NCBI GenBank assembly: GCA_043797665.1
Contig: JAZDPL010000089.1
Location: forward strand, 33,972-97,971
Length of the DNA: 64,000 bases
Direction: 5' to 3'
Source of the DNA: Candidatus Omnitrophota bacterium
GTDB lineage: Bacteria > Ratteibacteria > UBA8468 > MWAK01
Shown here: positions 58,680 to 64,000 of the stretch, piece by piece
How positions within the stretch are numbered: position 1 is the stretch's first letter
How the letters are laid out: each line of letters starts with the position of its first letter
Position numbers and translations under genes: made by a program
The notes under the pieces: generated by a model
Seen by the model: the letters and a program-made list of their open reading frames with translations, nothing else
Databases searched by the model: none
Told to the model about the DNA's origin: nothing

Positions 58680-59582
58680 TTGGGATATAATAAAAGGGTG
58701 ACCCAATTCGGTTTTAAAGAAATCGAGAATTTACCGGTCTTAAGACGTTTCCAGAAAGCCCTGCACATTCTAACCGGTCTGCCTTTCGACTTTGTGGATA
58801 CCCGGGGCCGTTCCTCTTCACAACTGAAACCCTTTGAAGTCTACACACCCTTCTGTAAATTAATCAGCCGGAGCGCCTCAGGCCGCATCGCCTGCGAAAG
58901 GTGTGATCTGGAAGCGGTTGAAAGATGCGTAGGAACAAGAAAATCTTCCGCCTATGTTTGCCACTTAGGTCTAACCGATATTACCGTGCCTCTGACCATT
59001 CACAATGAAGTAATCGGGGTTCTCTGTTCCGGCCAATTCCTTTCTTCCCACCCCTCGGAAAAAGAATTCCAGAAGATAAAAGACCGGTTAATAAAGATGG
59101 GGATTAACCCTAACGAAGCAAAGAGGTGTTATTATTCCATTCCCGTGGTAAAAAAGGAAAAGGTGGAAACTATCCTTGACCTTATCGCCATCGTAACCGA
59201 GTATATCATAGATGCGGAGAATAAAATCTTTACTTTAACTGACGCCTTACATAAAGACAAAATACGGCAGGCACAGAAATTTATCTCCGCACACTACAAG
59301 GAGAAAATCTCTTTAAAGGAAACCTCGGATGCGGTCCATTTAAGTCCCTTCCGGCTGGCACATCTCTTTCAAGAGAAATTGCACACCCCATTTACCCATT
59401 ACCTCAACAACTTACGGATTGAAGAATCCAAACTCCTCCTTTCCGGCACTAATCTTAAGGTCATTGAAATTGCCCTTCAGTCTGGTTTTGGTAGTCTCAG
59501 TTACTTTAACCGCTCCTTCCGGAACGAGGTTGGCCTCTCCCCGGTAGAATATCGGAAACAGCAAACCAGTGCCAGAATTTAG
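58680..59582 (+). CDS. AraC-family regulator with a PocR ligand-binding domain
   Basis: Pattern FCKLI..C..CD..Y.CHLGL in the sensor domain, plus the C-terminal AraC HTH IALQSGFGSLSYFNRSF. Confidence 0.9.
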   Translation: MGYNKRVTQFGFKEIENLPVLRRFQKALHILTGLPFDFVDTRGRSSSQLKPFEVYTPFCKLISRSASGRIACERCDLEAVERCVGTRKSSAYVCHLGLTDITVPLTIHNEVIGVLCSGQFLSSHPSEKEFQKIKDRLIKMGINPNEAKRCYYSIPVVKKEKVETILDLIAIVTEYIIDAENKIFTLTDALHKDKIRQAQKFISAHYKEKISLKETSDAVHLSPFRLAHLFQEKLHTPFTHYLNNLRIEESKLLLSGTNLKVIEIALQSGFGSLSYFNRSFRNEVGLSPVEYRKQQTSARI

Positions 59583-59647
59583 CAATATAGAGGTAGATAT
59601 CCTTATCCCCGTCATCTTATACTATAAAATAAAAAACGGAGGTGTGT

Positions 59648-60334
59648 ATGTTAAAAGTTCTATCTTTATGCGGACACCTGGATGACAGCGTTATCGCTAT
59701 CGGCGGAACCATACGAAAGATAGTCAATGCCGGCGGCGAGGTAAGCGTGGTCTGCTTCGGGAACGGCAGCGAAGGGTATTCCGACCTGAAAGATAAGGAA
59801 AAGATAGTAGAAGTATTCACCAGGGAAGCCCGAATAAGTAACGAGGTGCTCGGGGTAAAAAATTTTGAATGTCTGGGTTACGGCGACTTTGACGTTCTGG
59901 CAAACGCGGAAACATACAAATTAGCGATAAAAGCCATCAGGAAATACCAGCCGGATATCATCTTTACCCATTACTGGAAGGAGTATTTCCAGCACCGGAA
60001 TACCGCCCGGCTGGTAACCGATGCCTGGTGGCAGGCAGAATGGAAAGCATCGCTGGCACTGGGAGAACCCTGGAAAGCTAAAAAACTCTATTATTTTGAG
60101 GTAATTCATCTTCTGAACCGGCCCACGCATATCGTAGATGTTACGGATACATTTGAGGTAAAGATTAAAGCCTGGAAAACATTCGCCTGCCAGCAGGAAT
60201 CCTTGGACCAACTCGCGGAACAGTTGGAAGCGCGGGCAAGGTTTTACGGAAGTTTAATCGGAGTAAAGTACGGAGAAGCGCTTAAGTTATCCGATTATAT
60301 TCCCCAGGCAATTAGGAGGGTTAGCGAATTATAA
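59648..60334 (+). CDS. PIG-L/LmbE family deacetylase
   Basis: Motifs GHLDD, REA, PDIIFTH and QH. Confidence 0.85.
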   Translation: MLKVLSLCGHLDDSVIAIGGTIRKIVNAGGEVSVVCFGNGSEGYSDLKDKEKIVEVFTREARISNEVLGVKNFECLGYGDFDVLANAETYKLAIKAIRKYQPDIIFTHYWKEYFQHRNTARLVTDAWWQAEWKASLALGEPWKAKKLYYFEVIHLLNRPTHIVDVTDTFEVKIKAWKTFACQQESLDQLAEQLEARARFYGSLIGVKYGEALKLSDYIPQAIRRVSEL

Positions 60335-60355
60335 TACAAAAAGTAACGAGACAAA

Positions 60356-61216
60356 ATGAACCAGGTTAAGTTTGCCTTTACGGTAGATGATGTAGCCCTG
60401 AAAGATTTTTCCAGCGTCGAAGGCTTTCTGGAACTGCTGGAATTCTTAAAGAAACAACATATACCGGGAACTTTCTTCGTGGTACCGTTTAACCAGGATA
60501 TACCATTATACGAAAGACCCGACTGGATTTCGGTACTGAAAAAAGCGCTGTCTGCCGGTCACGAACTCCAGCTCCACGGTTTGCGGCACCAGGCTTTTGA
60601 ATGGGGAATCCCGCCGGACTTTATCCTCGCCTACGAACATCAGGAACGGCAGAAGCTGGAAAGGGAACGGGAAGAAATAGAACGGACATTTACGGTAGAA
60701 GCCTTTAAAGAAAAGATTGCCCAGGGAATAGAGATATTTACCAGGGCTATCGGTCATCGTCCGACCGGCTTTCGCTCTCCTTATGCTTCAACCCACCCAA
60801 ATCTATTCCAAGCCCTGGCAGAATGCGGATTTACCTACGACTCATCCCTGATTGTTAATCCAAAGGGGTGGAGATACGTCGTGAAGGATTATACCCCGGG
60901 AATCACCTGGAATAAAGATGTTCCGCCCCGGCCCCGGGAATACCATCCCGGCCTGGTTGAAATCCCGATTATGGCTGAATATACCTGGTTTTTAAAGGAA
61001 GAGAACATAGAAAAGCATTACGGATTAATCAAGGAAGATCTGGATAAGATTAGCGAAACCGGTGGCGTTATGGTCTCTGTCTGCCATGTAGTACCAGTAA
61101 CCGGGGTCAACCGGGCCGGTCTAAAGGTTTACGAAAGATTATTGAATTATGCCCGGCAAAACGGAAACGTTTCCTTCGGTACGTTAAAGGAGGTATCTCT
61201 CGATGAAAAATCTTAA
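60356..61216 (+). CDS. Polysaccharide deacetylase (CE4-like) protein
   Basis: Motifs TVDD, TFFVVP, HELQLHG..H, GFRSP and YDSS. Confidence 0.85.
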   Translation: MNQVKFAFTVDDVALKDFSSVEGFLELLEFLKKQHIPGTFFVVPFNQDIPLYERPDWISVLKKALSAGHELQLHGLRHQAFEWGIPPDFILAYEHQERQKLEREREEIERTFTVEAFKEKIAQGIEIFTRAIGHRPTGFRSPYASTHPNLFQALAECGFTYDSSLIVNPKGWRYVVKDYTPGITWNKDVPPRPREYHPGLVEIPIMAEYTWFLKEENIEKHYGLIKEDLDKISETGGVMVSVCHVVPVTGVNRAGLKVYERLLNYARQNGNVSFGTLKEVSLDEKS

Positions 61217-62615
61217 AGAGCGGATGCCGAAGCCTAAAATCGGTCTTTTGCCTACCGGTCACTTTTACTACTGGAAGCAGTTCCCAAAGCTAAGGGAAAT
61301 GGGATTGGCAATGTACGACAAATTAAGAAACCGCCTGGAAGAAATCGGCGATGTGATTGCCCCGGACCTGGTGGATACGATGGAAAAAGCAACCAGAGCC
61401 GGCGAATTTTTCCGGAACAAAGACATTGACATCCTGCTCATCTTTCCCTTTGGGTACACACCCAGTATGTGTATCGTCCCGGCGGTAAAAAACCTGGACC
61501 TGCCGATTCGCTTAATCAATGCCCACGAAGACAGTTCCTATGATTACAAAAATGCTGACACGACTATGTACCTTCATCACGAAGGGGTCTGCTGCATTCC
61601 GGAGTACTCCGGCGCCCTGGTAAATATCAACAAAAAATTCCGGGTGCGCACCGGACATTTTGGCTCAAAACGGTTCTGGGAGGAAATCAGGGCAGATTGT
61701 GTGGGAGCCGCAGCGGGGCGGTTCTTCCGTTCCATGAACATCGGCCTCATCGGAGAGATATACACCAATATGTGTGATATGCCGATAGACGAACACCGGC
61801 TTTTGCGAGCCACCGGCAAACTTCTTATCCGGCCGGAGGTGGAAGAAATTGAAGAAGCATACCACCGCGTGACAAAGTCCCGGTTGGAAGATATGTATTG
61901 CCAGTTCCGCCGGATGTATGAGGTGGACAAAACCGTAACCAACGAACACCTGAAATTTTCCGCGCAGATTGCCGTAGCCTATGAAGAAGTCATCCTCAAA
62001 CACGATATATTTGCCTTCGGATTTTACTGGTGGGGAGAAAAAGAGTTGATAACCCAGATGCGGTCACAGTCCGCTTTGGCGGTTTCCCGTTTAGCCGCTT
62101 TAGGCCGGCCCGGAGTTACCGAAGGGGACGCAAAGGCGGCTATGGCTATGAAGATACTTGACCTTTTGGGCGGCGGTGGTATGTTTCTGGAATTTTTCTC
62201 CATGGACTTTGACAAAGATTTCGTGATGATGGGACACGACGGTCCCAGTAATATCAACGTTGCCGAGGGCCGGCCCAAACTCCAGCATCTAAAAGTTCAC
62301 CACGGCAAGTCAGGACATGGTCTGGGCATAGATTTTAAAATGCGAAAAGGCCCGGTGACCCTTTTAAACCTGACCCAGTTTGATGCCGGAGATACCTTTA
62401 AACTAATCTATACTATCGGCGAAGTTATTCCGGGAGACATCCTGAATATCGGTAATCCCAACTGCCGGGTCAGGGTCAAACAACCGATACACGAATTTTT
62501 TGATGCCTGGTGCCAGCAAGGACCAGAACACCATTCGGCACTTGGCATTGGCGACCACAGCACTGAAATTGAAGCCTTTGCCGAAAGCATGAAATTCCGT
62601 TGTGTTAGGATATGA
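61203..62615 (+). CDS. L-fucose/L-arabinose isomerase family protein
   Basis: Motifs EGD, FLE, MGHDG and GPEHHSALG. Confidence 0.8.
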   Translation: MKNLKERMPKPKIGLLPTGHFYYWKQFPKLREMGLAMYDKLRNRLEEIGDVIAPDLVDTMEKATRAGEFFRNKDIDILLIFPFGYTPSMCIVPAVKNLDLPIRLINAHEDSSYDYKNADTTMYLHHEGVCCIPEYSGALVNINKKFRVRTGHFGSKRFWEEIRADCVGAAAGRFFRSMNIGLIGEIYTNMCDMPIDEHRLLRATGKLLIRPEVEEIEEAYHRVTKSRLEDMYCQFRRMYEVDKTVTNEHLKFSAQIAVAYEEVILKHDIFAFGFYWWGEKELITQMRSQSALAVSRLAALGRPGVTEGDAKAAMAMKILDLLGGGGMFLEFFSMDFDKDFVMMGHDGPSNINVAEGRPKLQHLKVHHGKSGHGLGIDFKMRKGPVTLLNLTQFDAGDTFKLIYTIGEVIPGDILNIGNPNCRVRVKQPIHEFFDAWCQQGPEHHSALGIGDHSTEIEAFAESMKFRCVRI

Positions 62616-62649
62616 TTCCTGATTGCCAGAAGGTGATTTTGCGGGAGGA

Positions 62650-63813
62650 ATGATGAGATCTATAACGAAGGAGGGGTTTCATAAGCGCATCCGGTCTATT
62701 CAGGAAGAGATGGAGAGACGGAAGATTGATGCTATTATGGTCTACGGAGACGAATACCGGAAAGAGAATCTCCGGTATGTCTCCAACTTCTGGCCTATTT
62801 TTGAAAGGGCGTCGGTCTTCATCGGCAGAAAAGGAGACCCAATTCTGGCCGGGGCACCGGAAGGCGAGAAATACGCCCGGGAGATGGCAGTCTGGGATGA
62901 CTATCGGAATATCAAGGAATTTCTTTGCGTCAGCGTACCGGAAGAGATAGACTATCCTTTAGCAGACTTCTCTTCCCTTCGGGAGATTCTGGGGGAAACG
63001 ATGGGAGCGGGTAAAAAATTAGGCCTGGCAGGCAGCCGGGATATCCCTCATATAATCCATGAACGCATCCTGAAGGCATCTCCTGCCATTGAAATCGTTC
63101 CGGCAGACGATATCCTTGAGAAAATGCGACTCATTAAATCAGAATCGGAGGTTCTCTGCCTTAAGGAGGCGGGAAGGTTAGCCGGTATCGCCTATGAAGA
63201 ACTGTTGAAGAACGCTGTTCCGGGACAGACGGAACTCTATGCCACCGGAAAGGCAGAAGGAGCCGCCCGCTCTGCCGGCGCAGAAGGAATTACCTTTACG
63301 GTCTTTGGAAGCGGACAGAGAACCAATACGATTATCGGAAGACCAACCGAAAAGGTTATTGAAGACGGCGATATGATGATGGTTTCCATCGCGGTTCAGT
63401 ATGAGGGCTACGTGGCAACTGCTGAGTTTCCTTTTGTGGCCGGCAAGATGTCGGAAGAGCAAAAATTCCTTATCGGAACGCTGATTGAAGCAACCAACGT
63501 CGGCCTTCCTTATCTGAAGGCAGGCAAACCGATGCAGGAATTCGTCCGGGCGGTACGCAATGTCTTCCGGAAAAAGAACCTGGCACAGTATGATATCTAC
63601 CCGCCCTTACACGGGTGTGGTCTGGCCGAAGCAGAGTCACCCTATCCGGATGAAGACACCGGTGCACCCTTCCAGGCGGGGATGACCGTAAATACCGACA
63701 TCAGCCTCTTCGGACACCCGGCCGGTTCCAACCGGATTGAGGAGGGTTTTGTTATTACGGAAAAGGGAATGGAAAGTCTAACGCCGTTGATACAAGAACT
63801 GACTGACAAATGA
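62650..63813 (+). CDS. M24 (Xaa-Pro peptidase/creatinase) family protein
   Basis: Creatinase_N-like start (ENLRYVSNF), then RLIKSESE, HGCG and RIEE. Confidence 0.85.
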   Translation: MMRSITKEGFHKRIRSIQEEMERRKIDAIMVYGDEYRKENLRYVSNFWPIFERASVFIGRKGDPILAGAPEGEKYAREMAVWDDYRNIKEFLCVSVPEEIDYPLADFSSLREILGETMGAGKKLGLAGSRDIPHIIHERILKASPAIEIVPADDILEKMRLIKSESEVLCLKEAGRLAGIAYEELLKNAVPGQTELYATGKAEGAARSAGAEGITFTVFGSGQRTNTIIGRPTEKVIEDGDMMMVSIAVQYEGYVATAEFPFVAGKMSEEQKFLIGTLIEATNVGLPYLKAGKPMQEFVRAVRNVFRKKNLAQYDIYPPLHGCGLAEAESPYPDEDTGAPFQAGMTVNTDISLFGHPAGSNRIEEGFVITEKGMESLTPLIQELTDK

Positions 63814-64000
63814 TACATCGGAGTAAAATATGATAAGCAAAGCAGGATATCAGACTAAACCCGCATTCTCCATATGAAGATAGAATTTTGCATGGACAAA
63901 TTGACCTTTTTCCGTCTATAATATAGATAGAAATAGATGAACAAAGGAGAAACCCAATGGGTGGAAGTAAAAACAGCTATTTTCGAGTAGGATTTAATCA

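Overview
Bacterial chromosomal window with three parts. The left arm (1-18.1 kb) holds housekeeping genes: mfd, tRNA-Ala, mutL, mutS, a CNNM/CBS protein, a TA pair, ald, nadE, hisD and a UroD-like gene. The right arm (48-64 kb) holds leuD, tRNA-Arg, an M18 aminopeptidase, a GH38 mannosidase, queDCE and an AraC-led sugar catabolic operon. Between them is a ~28-30 kb accessory region that ends exactly at the 3' end of tRNA-Asn. This region looks like an array of small gene cassettes of 1-3 genes each (TA pairs, Fic, DUF5678/retropepsin-like pairs, TMTC-like TPR proteins, hydrolases, rsgA, pyk). The cassettes are separated by at least 12 co-oriented copies of a site that resembles the antisense tRNA-Asn 3' end and also reads as the C-terminal tail of a serine recombinase. 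A second motif (CCCACCATCCAGTCGCAATTAG) and often a near-consensus promoter follow. No intact recombinase is in the window, only a frameshifted remnant at ~29.8-30.1 kb, so an integron-like, tRNA-anchored cassette system mobilised in trans is an inference. Separately, the core genes carry many palindromic repeats and MITEs, several translated in frame (mfd, queE, GH38, TPR protein), plus a ~27-33 bp covarying hairpin nested inside other repeats. All product calls come from motif recognition, without database searches.
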